DNA of 63,381 bases, the filler included, from Phoronis australis (Eukaryota; Animalia; Phoronida), in assembly GCA_002633005.1 (NCBI GenBank). It is 4 parts of 4 records of this genome, joined end to end, with 100 filler letters (N's around TTAATTAATTAA, not from the genome) between each part and the next. Parts side by side here need not be neighbours in the genome. Positions count along the whole stretch, not along the records: positions 32,061 to 56,811 come from NMRA01000082.1; positions 56,912 to 60,296 come from NMRA01003051.1; positions 60,397 to 63,381 come from NMRA01003292.1; 1 more part is not named here. One strand, 5' to 3'. The notes beneath the pieces were generated by a model. The model saw only the letters and a list, made by a program, of their open reading frames with translations, did no database searches and was not told where the DNA came from. This document shows positions 49,120 through 60,990 of this stretch, in pieces; the first letter of the stretch is position 1, and each line of letters starts with the position of its first letter. The position numbers were made by a program, and so were the translations under genes.

Positions 49120-49790
49120 CGATAACACATAACACGAGCGCTAGTGCTCCCCCGGCTTTAGCTCTCATAGCGTCCCTACGCAAGCCTGTGATAAAATACT
49201 ACATACTGTAAATCATACCGCACCCGCCATAGTCTTCAAACGTGCATGAAAAAGAAACCTCGAGCAAAAACACCACAATTGACAAGCCCTTCAAATCTTT
49301 CGGGTTCTTCACTTGGTGAATACAATCAGTCTTGTCTTTCAAATAAATGCATCCGTCTCTGGTCCAGTAACTGTTAATCCGGGGTCCTAGATCTCTGACT
49401 GCCTTGAAAAGCACGGCTCTCCTCTGGGTAAGATTCTCATTGATGAAATTGCTAGGCCTTTCCGCATCTCCTGATCACAGCGTTCTTGTATTCCGTATAA
49501 ACTTACGGCCATTATATGTTGTGAATTTTACAACAATAGAACGAGGTTTCTGGCATTGGGATCCATTCTATGCGAGATTAAAATATTTCTGAATTTCAAT
49601 CTTCCTCTAAAGTTGGTTGCTTTAAACCAGTATTTCCAGCCAAATCTCTGAGTTGTGCGGTGTCATTGTTCGACTGACGCTTAAGTGACGGTGTCTGCTT
49701 GCTCATTTTGGTGAATACTTATAATATGGAGAGCTCACTCGCAGCACTTACAGAAGGTGTCCGTCCTCCATGACAGGTCGACCGGAAGTT
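48516..49790 (-). mobile_element. L1/Tx1-like LINE fragment: 5'UTR, deleted ORF1, start of ORF2 apurinic endonuclease
   Basis: 5' end ACTTCCGG (~49789); ORF1 start MSKQTPSLKR (49706). ORF1 C-terminus KPRSIVVKFTTY...FINENLTQRRAVLFK...WTRDGCIYLK. ORF2 LKIATLNCQGLG...QWG...SNSRGVAILL...DGNG..L...IVNTYGPNKDD..FF...IWTGCFNLV, with frameshifts. Confidence 0.85.
49074..49121. repeat. (GCAC)n microsatellite in the LINE inter-ORF spacer
   Basis: About 12 perfect units. Confidence 0.95.
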
Positions 49791-50370
49791 GGGAAAGAAA
49801 AAGTTGATGCCCTGAAATACCATTCAAATGCCAAGCGCTGCGCCAAAGACGCACCAAAGCACTAACTACAAAAATCACACATATCACTGAGAGGGAGGGT
49901 GGGAGGGGGGGCGTCTCTCTTATTCCAATCTCCCTAACTCAGTCAAGACCCGAAACAGCAAACATCAAACCGGAGGTACCGCACATTCCACGATGAGCTA
50001 AACGACTAAAATCGTCACCATTAATTTACAACAGTACTCGGTAACCCCTGCTATGCATCACGCTGTCATTTTTCCACTCGTGCTTTTGACGTAGGCCTAC
50101 ATGACGTCATACATCACAATTACACTGACGTTCAGCGATGGCTTATCTAGCTCAATTAGACCCTGAAATAGGAACAGAGCTGTACATTGTCAATACATGT
50201 ACATGTACATGGAATTTCCGAGGCCTTGCTTATTTTCCTCAGTCTGGTAGTTGCTGAGAATTTCCGTACTTGAAACAATTAAGGTCCACAGAGCGGTAAT
50301 AAGTTATAAGCTCTTAGTAATTTAAAACGCTGTAAAACTGGCCCTAGTTGTATTATCCCTTTCAGTCTCC

Positions 50371-50511
50371 CGTTCAGTAACGCTAGGACCTCGCTAAAAA
50401 GTAAGACTTCGCGAGATTACGTGAGATATTGCCGTGCATTTCAAATAAAAACACGTGACTTTGATTAGGTTTTGGCTAAGTCCTAGCGTAGGTCCTAGCG
50501 TCTACTGAACG
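50371..50511. mobile_element. Short MITE
   Basis: CGTTCAGTAACGCTAGGACCT ... AGGTCCTAGCGTCTACTGAACG inverted ends. Confidence 0.6.
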
Positions 50512-50688
50512 CACGCTAGGATTGACATCTGAATTTTGACTCGAGTGGGCCGCCAATTCATGACGGCATGTCTAGCGGTCAAAGCAGGGTCGGTGACAAA
50601 ATAAGGCTAAACGTTGATCGTCATCCAAACTAGAACAAACTTGGAATTTTTGCATGCACACAGAAATAAATATATCTCTGTGTTGTAG

Positions 50689-51023
50689 AGGACGGGTATT
50701 GGAAACCCTGGAGTCAGTGGTCTGCCTGTAGCGCAACTTGTGATGGAGGAACCCGCTCGAGGACCCTCACTTGTGTCCCACCGAAGTATGACGGGAAATC
50801 GTGTCAAGGGAACAGCAGTGCCAGTGAAACCTGCAACGAACAGGATTGTTGGGAACTGGTGTTTAAAGGAAGTAAAGGCATTAGGTCGTCTACTCGAAAT
50901 TTATGGGTTGGCACCAGCTACACGTTATCACCTTCTGTGGACATGTTACTTACGGACAATACGTCGTCTGCGCACTACAAGAGCCCCATAGTAGAATATT
51001 GGTCGAGTTTAAACGTTAAAAAG
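50689..51023 (+). CDS. Exon encoding a thrombospondin type-1 repeat plus the start of a second domain (host gene incomplete)
   Basis: TTGTAG acceptor, AAG|GTAAGT donor, 335 nt, phase 1 to 0, no stops. Reads DGYWKPWSQWSACSATCDGGTRSRTLTCVPPKYDGKSCQGNSSASETCNEQDC then WELVFKGSKG...LW...HYKSPIVEYWSSLNVKK. The TSP1 half is absent from the ORF track. Confidence 0.85.
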
Positions 51024-52593
51024 GTAAGTGTCTTGATATTTCTCTCTGATTCACATAATAAGCTAGGTTTCGATTAGTTTTTTCGGACCAAAAGCGTTGG
51101 GGACGGTGTGCTAATGCACATAAGAATATCAGAGAGATATCATCCAGTGAGATCAGTCCTCTACATACATGTACAATGTATATATGAACCTATTTTTGAC
51201 ACACGTACACCACATTCGTGACAGCTAAAATCTGCTTTGAAACAAGCTCTGTGTGAATATTGTATTTGTTAAAATTTCGTAACTGATCGAAGTGGGCCCT
51301 CAGAACTGTACTCCAAGATGTAACTTGTAGCCACCAAATGATCTTTAAGGCCATAGAATCTAACATTTAGGCCAGTTATTGTATTAAAACAGGTCTAATT
51401 TACGCGAATAACTGCAGTTGTCAAGTATGAAATCACAAAATTGGTTAAACCTTGTTAAATGTAGCAAAATCTAGTCGGATAGTTTTTATATGCGCTAACT
51501 GCGAAGCGATACCGAAGCTAGTTTACAGTGAAACAACACGTGTAGTTGATATAAAAGGTCATATATATTATGACAAACTAAACTACTACAGATATCGGTA
51601 ATTACAAAAGTTATATAACATGTTGCACTGTAAAGGTGGGTGACAATCTGCGAAACAATATGCGGAAGAATAACAGCAACACCGGGACAGCGACATGTGA
51701 AATTTGAGGATAATAGGGAAAGGATGAAAATTGGTTTGAGGGAGGGAGGGAAAGAGAAATTGAGTGAAAAATGAAAGTTGGAGAGAATTGTGGACGATGG
51801 CCCAGTGTTGCAACAAGACAAAGAGATCACGTGGTACAATTAAACCAATAATCGTAAAACAAAGAGGGTCACTGACCTGAGAATCCAAACAATATGATAA
51901 TGAGGAGGAGGCAGTATAGCTTACATAAAATAATTTAATACTTAAATAATTTTTATGGCACAGGAAGAATTTTTTGGTGAAATTGTACGCTAACATAAAT
52001 TGTATTCACTCATAAAATAGTCGATCCCATATACATGTAGCGACCCACCTTAACTAGAGAAAAACGTCATATTAAAGTCACATTTTCGTCATCAGGTAAC
52101 ATGCCTTGACCGCATGTAATAACTCAGTTTGAAAACCTTTTAACAATTTATCGATTGCCATGAACATTTGAGCCTACTATGCGCAGAGCTATCAGTTAGT
52201 GATGGTCTCCGTCAATGAAAGTTTTAACGCTGAAGTTAAATAGCATTGGGTTGCTAATAGCTGCAATTCGCCCCTGGATAAATCGAAACTCGAATTAGGA
52301 TTTTTAGGGTTAAGTCACACAAAACCAGTCTCTTGGTATACATCGTTGTGATGGGATTCTATTTTCGTTGCCAACAAAAATTTCAAAACCAAAAGCGACT
52401 CGAGAAAACGGCAACCCAAAAAATTGCGAATTTGAAAATGGCGCATCGCATTGACTGTAGCTAATGAGTTGGTGAGTTATTATAAAATACAATTCCGTCA
52501 CGGTAAGGGACATTCTGGGACTAAATTAATGAAATCAAAAGGCCTGAATCGATATTCCTCTTTACAGTCAGCTAAACAAGGCGAACTGCACTT

Positions 52594-53120
52594 TTAAGGT
52601 TGCACCTGGAAGACATTACCATGTGGGACCCCAGCAACAGTGTACAAATTCGGAAAATCATATTGGATTCCCGGAAACAGCCGATTAGTTTCACATGAAA
52701 CTTTCAGATTCCATGTTTTAGGCACCTTTCTCTAAACTCTTTTAGGAATTGCTTTTAAAACGTTCCATGAAGGAATATCAAATACATGTATAGTACTTTA
52801 ATGATTTGCATCAAACAAAACTATATTTTAAGAAAACTAACACAATTTTTGAGATCTCATCTAGAGCATATGTATCAAATAAAATTTGATCAGATTATTG
52901 ATACTGATGTTTTGCTATCAATGTACCTTTCTTTTTGCTAAATTTGAACAAAAAGACATGGTCACGTGATTCAATCGAACAATTGAAAATCTCAAAAACC
53001 ATGTTCTATAGGCCTTCTACCGTCGATTACACACCTCCGTGCTTTCTGCTTTTAGTAAATATACGCTTTTAGCGAGTTATCTTTATAGCTTTATAGATAT
53101 TCGGCTAAATACGCAAACCT
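52594..53120 (+). repeat. ~500-bp dispersed repeat starting TTAA|GG (Kolobok-type terminus), copy 1
   Basis: Collinear shared blocks with 57498-57990: TGAAACTTTCAGAT, AAACTCT.TTAGGAATT, TTATTGATAC, ATGTACCTTTCTTTTTGCTAAATTT. Confidence 0.6.
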
Positions 53121-54562
53121 GTCAATAAAGCCATGCAAAGCCTTTGATTTTACGTGGTATTTCATGACCATTTCCTTGTGAGATACATGGAGGTACTAAT
53201 GCTTGCCTTCGCATTTTATGTATTATACATGTACAGCACGGTACACGTTCCTGCACCTGAACAGGAATTGAAATACGCCTTAACACATATTGATGCACAC
53301 GTATTTTATGGCTAAAAGTGTGTGACAGTATTCAGCATAACCCCTGTTGAGCGTTGATTCAGTGTGTGCTCGTGGCTGCGGAATCTGGTACGGTGTAAAC
53401 TACTGATCGAAAGCCTCTTCCTGTCGAACGTGGCTAGACCACCTCTGGATGCGAGTTCCAAACCGCGGTTAGACTGAGGCTAGACCCCGCCAATCTGGAG
53501 TTCGCCTGGCCGCGGTTTATCCGAAGTAAAGTCTTCTCCGTACTATGCCTTGGCTTTGGTTATATTTCGCCCCAAAAGCTTATCTGTCTTACGCACAAAG
53601 TTGTTTCTAAACGGTCAAACTAGGACATTGCCAATGGAAATATCTACATGTACTATCCATTGCAAAACCGCCATGACCGCAACGAAAATATGTTAAACTT
53701 ATCATTACTGATTATTACGGAGGTGTGGTGGATTAGGAGCGATTTTCACACGTTTCTCTGCAGACCATTAGAAATCAATTACATGTTCGTAGTTAAAAAC
53801 CCGTCCACCCCATCATTAAGTCGAAAACAAGCGGACGTAGGGGAGCTACCGGTACCTCTAAGCTCACAACGCCAGAAATTTGTAACATTCTTGATCCGCT
53901 AGGTGACGCTTAGCGCCATGTCCCTAACCAATCATAACAACGCATAGTAAGGTTAAAGGTCATGAAGCTTGGGCACTATTACCGGAGCCAAAGTCAGTAT
54001 GCTCTGCAGAGCAATATTTATCAAGTTTACAATAACAGCATTTGGAATGTCTGGGTCTACAGTATGACAGTGCTAGCTGGGTGATTGGGGTCATAGACAC
54101 TATCAACATAACCACAACAAATGTGAACTGAACGCCAGCCAGCCAGCCGCGTGTGCTTGCAATTGCTTAAACGGGCTGCCAAAGCGCTTTTTATTAATTT
54201 TCTGATGTTTGTCAATACATATTTGTGTCCGGAATCCACTCCAATGTAACAGTTACTGAATTAAGACGAAGGACAACGTACCGTGGATCACAAAAAACGA
54301 AATAACATTTTGAAGATTACTAGTATATCAACTATATAGGCCTACTCACAGGCGAAACTTGCATAATGACTGTACAAAATCCGACTTCGAAAGTATTTCT
54401 GAACTCATACCGGATGAGAAAATGAACAAATCAGTTTCTTACCGATTCTACGCTAATCTCTCATCTACAGAGTGCAAATTCCATTGCAAAGAGTCGACAG
54501 CCAGGCGATCGGCAACATTTCATCTCACTGACAGCACTGTACGCCGATCCATTTTCTGAACA

Positions 54563-54860
54563 CAAGAGACGTGGAAAAATTTTCGAGAAACAACATGAAA
54601 TTTGGATCAGCAACCTCTGAGTACTCCTGGTAGTCACCTAGGCTATCGGCAAATCCGATGGCAAAATGAATTCAGCCACAAACTTGACTTCAAAATGAGC
54701 TATGCGCTCAAATAGTGGCTTCCGGACGATCGTTAACATAGGCCTGAACGGGGTAACCTTCAAACTTCAAGAGACGTGGAAAAATTTTCACCATTGGCGC
54801 TGATATTTGGCGGTAACATGTCTTAACATACACTCTATGTGACAGGCTATCGGCAAATTG
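54563..54860. repeat. Diverged tandem repeat, period ~205 bp
   Basis: CAAGAGACGTGGAAAAATTTTC at 54563 and 54768; AGGCTATCGGCAAAT at 54640 and 54844. Confidence 0.65.
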
Positions 54861-56811
54861 TGTAGTTATCTCCCCTTGCTTATAAATTCCTGATTTTTGC
54901 CTGCTCTTGTGTATTTCTTATGGAGGGCTGCTGGCAAGATTTAGCGCATGCGCAGTAGTGCATGTTACAAATTTCTGGCGTTGAGAAACATAACGTCGCA
55001 ATTTCCAGTTTTGTCATATTTTATCAACAGAAAACAACATTTAATCCCTTTGGAAATGATCTCCGTCATTATAAAACTTCCATAACAGACCTGTTGAAAA
55101 TACGCAGATTTTGGATCGATCAAGTAACAACTTAGTTTCCTGATGCAAACGCAGCAGGCCGTTGGATTCAGCGGCCCACACAGTCTGCCTGGCCATGTGT
55201 GTTATCCCAAATTATGCTGCAATAAACATAACTCATAAACTGTGTGCAAGTTGGCTGTCACTAAAAAGACCGGCCTGTAAGAAACGTTATATTGTATGTC
55301 TTGCTTGCGAAAAATAAGAACCGTAGAACTTTCTTTCAAGGTTAGCAGAATTAGGTATTAGTACATCGGCATCATGTGATCAAATTGTGGCTAGTTCACA
55401 CTTAATGACCCCTAAATATAGAGCAACAAACTCGAGACAAAAATGAAATGTCGAGTTCAGACTCGAACTTCTAGCCTCGGCAATACTGGGGTCATCAAGT
55501 GTTACATTAGACTAGACCGCTCACGTAATAGAATAACACACTTGTACCGGGTGAGTTCGCCCAAAGTAGAACAAAAAATGTCAGAAATAATCTCGACTTC
55601 GATTTCGAGTAAACTTAAGATTTGACCCTGGGCCCTGGTTAGTCAGCTTTATGACACCTTGTGCATCGTCAGCCGTCGCTTATCATGTACATACATGTAC
55701 ATGTACATGTACATGTATGGTTAACTGAAACTTCCGCCATAGATTATTTGGATTTTGGCAAACNGAAAGGCTATCCAGGGGTCGAAGGCTTCGTCCACAG
55801 TGGAGGGCTCCGTTAACAACAGCAGCATGGGGTCGAGAAGCCTGATACTCCTCGGAATCCCCGCTGAGAGGCATTTACATGGTGGAAATAACACGTTATA
55901 GAATTTGAACAGTCGTGATGGAGAAGTGGACCAAGGCCAATCACTTTTCCACTGAAAAACAGCGCTCACCAGATTGGCGCATTTCTCGTCTTCCGGCTTA
56001 TATTCATTCTCCAGATGACAACTTTCTCTGAGAAATTTCAGTGATGAAAAGTTTTGGTGTTGGACGGCACTCCTTGAAAGTTTCTTTTTACATCAAATCC
56101 AAATATCAATTGTCTTTATGTCACGAGTACTTCAGCATTGCGTGTATCCTAAATTATTTTAAAATGTAGAGACTGTACTGTATGTCGCACACTGCCAAAG
56201 ACTAAGTGCATTATCCGGCTTCCAGCTGCCCTTCGCTCATTTGAGAGGACTGGTTACAGAAATTGGCAGTTAAAATAGCAAAGATGATTCTTAACTCGTC
56301 TTCTCGCCTGAACACTATTGTAAACGACTTCAATCATTGTTTTTTCCAGGTACTAATGCCAAGTTGGCTGACGTCATGGCGATATATTTAATGTACTAGA
56401 TCAACGGCGGTTTTGGACTACTTTGGCTCGGTGACTTTACAGAAGCCGCACGAAGCGACCGTGACTAATGGGCGCCTGATGCCACGATTGAAACTACTAT
56501 ACACTGTAATGTCCAAAGCAAGAAAGGCTCACGAAAGGACGATTTTATACTTTGTTCATTGCGATATTTTGCATGAGAATGTCCATTTTAGTGATAGCAC
56601 TATTTTCCGAAGAGTGTCCTCATATGTTTAACCAGCAAACTTTCATGAAAAGAATCCTACAGTACTTGACACCTTAACCAGTACTGGGCAACTCGACATT
56701 TTGGCGCACCACAGAATCTGCCGGTTTATGTCAAAGAGGCCATGCCGTCGTGGTTATTTAAATCGCCCCAGACTGCTTACATTATCGTTTTGCATGGCAG
56801 GGGGGGGGGGG

Positions 56812-56911
56812 NNNNNNNNNNNNNNNNNNNNNNNNNNNNNNNNNNNNNNNNNNNNTTAATTAATTAANNNNNNNNNNNNNNNNNNNNNNNNNNNNNNNNN
56901 NNNNNNNNNNN
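56812..56911. other. Artificial assembly spacer
   Basis: N44-TTAATTAATTAA-N44. Confidence 0.97.
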
Positions 56912-57497
56912 AGTTCCTCCAGTGTCCATCTGTGCTGGCAATCCTGCATTGCTGTAGTGTAGCAATCATACATTGTAGTAGTGTTGTAATCCTGCATCCT
57001 ACATTCCAGTAGTGTAGTAATCCATACTCTACAAAACAGCTCACCAAAGAGAATGTAAGGCTCATGTGGTCAAATTGTGTCTCTCCGGCCTTAGAAGCTT
57101 CCAGCAACTTCAAAACACTATTTCATTTGTTTTTGGCTATTTTGAATACATTTTTATCAATGGAAACATTGGACTAATATGGAAACATTTCAGACATTAT
57201 AGCCTTCTATCTATTCGCTTATTTACTATCAAAATTCTATGTTTGTAAAAAGTGAATTTCATTGTCCTTCTGTTTTGCTGGTTCTTTTGTTGTATACTGT
57301 TAGAAAATCAAATATTAAACTTTCGTGTAGCTGCCAAGCCTGGTGGATAAAAGTACAAATTCATCTTACTTTACAAAGAAAATAGTCAAGATTCCCGCAC
57401 AAGGCTATATTCATGTACTTACAAGCTTTGTAATTAAGTTTGTGTGGGTTACTGACTCGTTGGTCAAGAACTGTGACTAACCTGCAAAGAAGCCCTT

Positions 57498-57990
57498 TTA
57501 AGGTACGTAGGAACCTAGAAAAATGTCCAAATTTGACAAACTTCAGAACATCATATCTTAGAATTGTATGATCGGTGTGTGAAACTTTCAGATACTAGGC
57601 TTTATGCATTGTTCTCCAAAACTCTGTTAGGAATTTTTTTTGATGTTCCACCATTGCATGAAGAGTTATCCAAACAAATGACCTTTTATGACCTTTTGAA
57701 AATGAAAACAAAATTATAATTTAGAAAACTGTAACGGCATTTGTGTAATGTTTCTATGCGAAGACATTTGTTCATGTTATTGATACCATTGTTTTGTTCG
57801 GGATGTACCTTTCTTTTTTGCTAAATTTCACTATAAAGACGTGGTGTGACCTAATAATGGTAAATTGGTATACATGTAAAATCGAGCATCAAATTTTACT
57901 GGTTTTCTACTTTTTCTACTTTCAGAAAATATTTACTTTTACTTGATAAAAGCTATTGTGTTGCAGATATTTGTCAAAATACACAGCCCT
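57498..57990 (+). repeat. ~500-bp dispersed repeat starting TTAA|GG, copy 2
   Basis: Homologous to 52594-53120, same orientation, clearly diverged. Confidence 0.6.
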
Positions 57991-60296
57991 ACATAAGCTT
58001 AATACATTCATCTCAGCCAAAAACAATTATCCTGTCTAGGTAAGCTGAACAGATCCCTAGGATTCTTTAGCTTGATGATGCTGGCTGTCTAATGGAGTTT
58101 CATTAATGAGGGGCTTGAATCTTCCACTAAAATTCACGAAAGTATTGTGTGCTCTATGAGAAATTTTCATTAAAATTCATTACTTGGGAATATGTTATGA
58201 CTTAACTAAATTAGATTAAAATGCAATTTATGCATTTTTTGATGAAGATAAAGAGGAAAGGGTGCTCTGGCGCCAGCTGATAGGAGGCTAGTCACTATAA
58301 AAATTGTCACATGGCACAACTTGCTGTGATGTGATGGTGCCAATAGTTGTGTTATAGATATATAGCTAGTCCCAGTCAGTTTAGTAGTCTTAGTCTGCTG
58401 TCTGTTAATATTCGTAGCAGTATTAGAAATTTGTGGCCTGTTTGAAATTCCATGTAGGGTTAGTTTATCAAGGTGTGTCATATTTATCTAAGCTGGGTGT
58501 GTTTGCATTGTGAATATTTCTGTAATTCTGTTTTTTTTAAACCAACTCGAATTGGGTCACTAATTTTAGTTGTGATGGATATATTTGTAGTAAATGATAA
58601 CCACATTACGCAATATGTGGCGTGGTTAATGTGTTGATTGGATAGATTGTACCTTTACTATTCATTAAGTAGTGGAGTTTTTTATTGTCTTTCTCAGACA
58701 TTTACTTTTTTAATTAAACTCAGTGGTTTGACTTTAATTTCATTTGTACAGAATGTAGTCAGTGACTGGCTATTAACTGTTGTAGGCTTTTCATTTTTGA
58801 AATTTTAATCCATGGCTAACTACTGCTGTCCATGAGTTCATCTAAACTTAGGCTTAGCCTCAATGCTTGGTTTGCTTGGCTTTGTCTTGTGGAAGTTTCC
58901 TGATGCAGCTTGAAATTTGGGATTTGTGAACTTTTGCCTTTAAAATTTACCACTCAGTTCTCCCCTCTCCATTCCTCCTGTCTTTGGGCCTGTAATGTTT
59001 TCTGAATCTGTGATTTTGATTTGTGTATCTTTCCCCAGTTGTTGCTGTTTCATAGTAGAGTTGGGCAGTGTTTTAGTTGTTCTTGACTAATTCTATATTT
59101 TTTTAAAAATGTTGAAATCGGATCTTTCTGTGGAAAATGAATTTCGCACGCTGTAAGCCTCTGGTAATGCTTCTGAAAAGACTTTTTCCTGGAAATATGG
59201 AGCTTCGATGATGTCACAAAATGGCGTTCACTGAGTAGTCCTCGATCCATCAGTTTTCTACACCCACATCTTACAGAACAGCTTTGAACTGGAAAACAGC
59301 TGTTAATAACCAAATATGATTTGATTGAATTGACTTTGAACGTGTTTATAGTGTCATTTGTTTGCGTCTAATCGATTGTTTTTATGCGCATCAGCTAAGA
59401 CTGCAATAGTAATGCTCGTGTAATCCAACACATCAGTTGTTGTCATGTAAACGTAAATTGGGCTATGTCGGGGGTGTTGCTGTTTTCGTGTTTTGGAGTT
59501 TCTAATTTATCCAAACATCCTGTTTGGGTGTAAATTCAGCGAACCATCTACGTAACCATGCTATCTCTGTATGTCGCAAGTGTTTCCTTGTTGAAAACCG
59601 CTTGAAAACATTGGGAGCCACGTGAGAAATACTTCCATGATAATATTTGCTGTCCATCTTGTTGACAGGATCTTAAGGTTTTTCTTTTGCTCTCAATTTG
59701 ATCAAAATTCTTGCATTAAATTCTTTGGTCTCTGTGGATAGTGATTGCTCAAAATGTCGTGAGACGAGTTGACGGTTGCTGCACGAGTTTTGTGCATTAT
59801 GCAAAATTAATTATTTAAACGATGACGTCTTCAGCTTAGCTTTTCAGTTTGATGACGTTTTTGTCCGGTTGTATCACGTTAATTGGTTATCAGTGGATGG
59901 AGAGAATTTTTGTTATGGTGCTATTTGCATAATTATTTGCCGCAGAAACTTCGGCTATCGTGCCCAATTGTACGTTGAAATTTCGTGTAGATACTAATCT
60001 GTTATAAGGACAGTGGCATGTTAAACCCTTCCAATATGCCTAATATTTTTACTTGTAATCTGTATATCATTCCATACCATTTTATGACCAATGCTTATTT
60101 TTTACTCTGGTGATTCGCCTAAGCATTGCAAGATATAGAATAATTTTATAAATGTATTCGAATTTTTATGTCGTTGTAAGAATGTGTAAACCTTTCGGAA
60201 TTAAAGTGGGAGTTTTCGTAAGAAAATATGAAGTAATTTATTTGGGATTTTTGTATTAGTTGTTTTTTCTATTTTGGGATAATATTGTTTTGTATA

Positions 60297-60396
60297 NNNN
60301 NNNNNNNNNNNNNNNNNNNNNNNNNNNNNNNNNNNNNNNNTTAATTAATTAANNNNNNNNNNNNNNNNNNNNNNNNNNNNNNNNNNNNNNNNNNNN
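60297..60396. other. Artificial assembly spacer
   Basis: N44-TTAATTAATTAA-N44. Confidence 0.97.
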
Positions 60397-60990
60397 AAAG
60401 GAAGCGGGGCAGGGGTGCGAACAATCAGGTGATACGGGTCAGAGCAGCCCATGAAACAGAGGAATGGAAATATGGGAGCCCGGAGGGAACGTGCCTCTAA
60501 TAACTTGCGAGCTTGAAGGTAAAACAGGCGGAGGACTGCAGCGTCGGTAAATAAAAGAAATACACCAGGTAGAAAATATAATACTTCAGAGAACATTTAT
60601 TTTTGAGCTAACAGAAATGCTTTCAAGCTTTAGGGGGATTGGAACGACATTTTTAGGTGGTCCAGTTTAAAACAACATTTGTGCTAGTGATCGTCAATGT
60701 TCACTTGAAATCAAGGGTACAGAAAAATTTTGGTGGGCTAGAAATAAAGTGCGGGAGTATTGTTGGTCCGAACGTGACCACAGAGCATTTTGTCCGCTAG
60801 AGGCAAAACATGGACGAGAAAAATGTTGGGTGAGCTCGCGGGCCGCTCACAGACAGGGAAGTCTATTATATAGGAAGTTTAATGTACCGCACGACGCTCT
60901 TGCTACAAAGCAGGCAAAAACAAAAAATGAGTTTTCTAATCAAATAGAATGCATCTTTATTACAGATTTATGTAAATTCTAAAACTGTAC

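Noticed and set aside
56912-57030. Short TGTAG/AATCC periodic repeat that could suggest a spacer array
   Set aside because: Degenerate ~24-bp minisatellite without unique spacers; eukaryotic context, not CRISPR.
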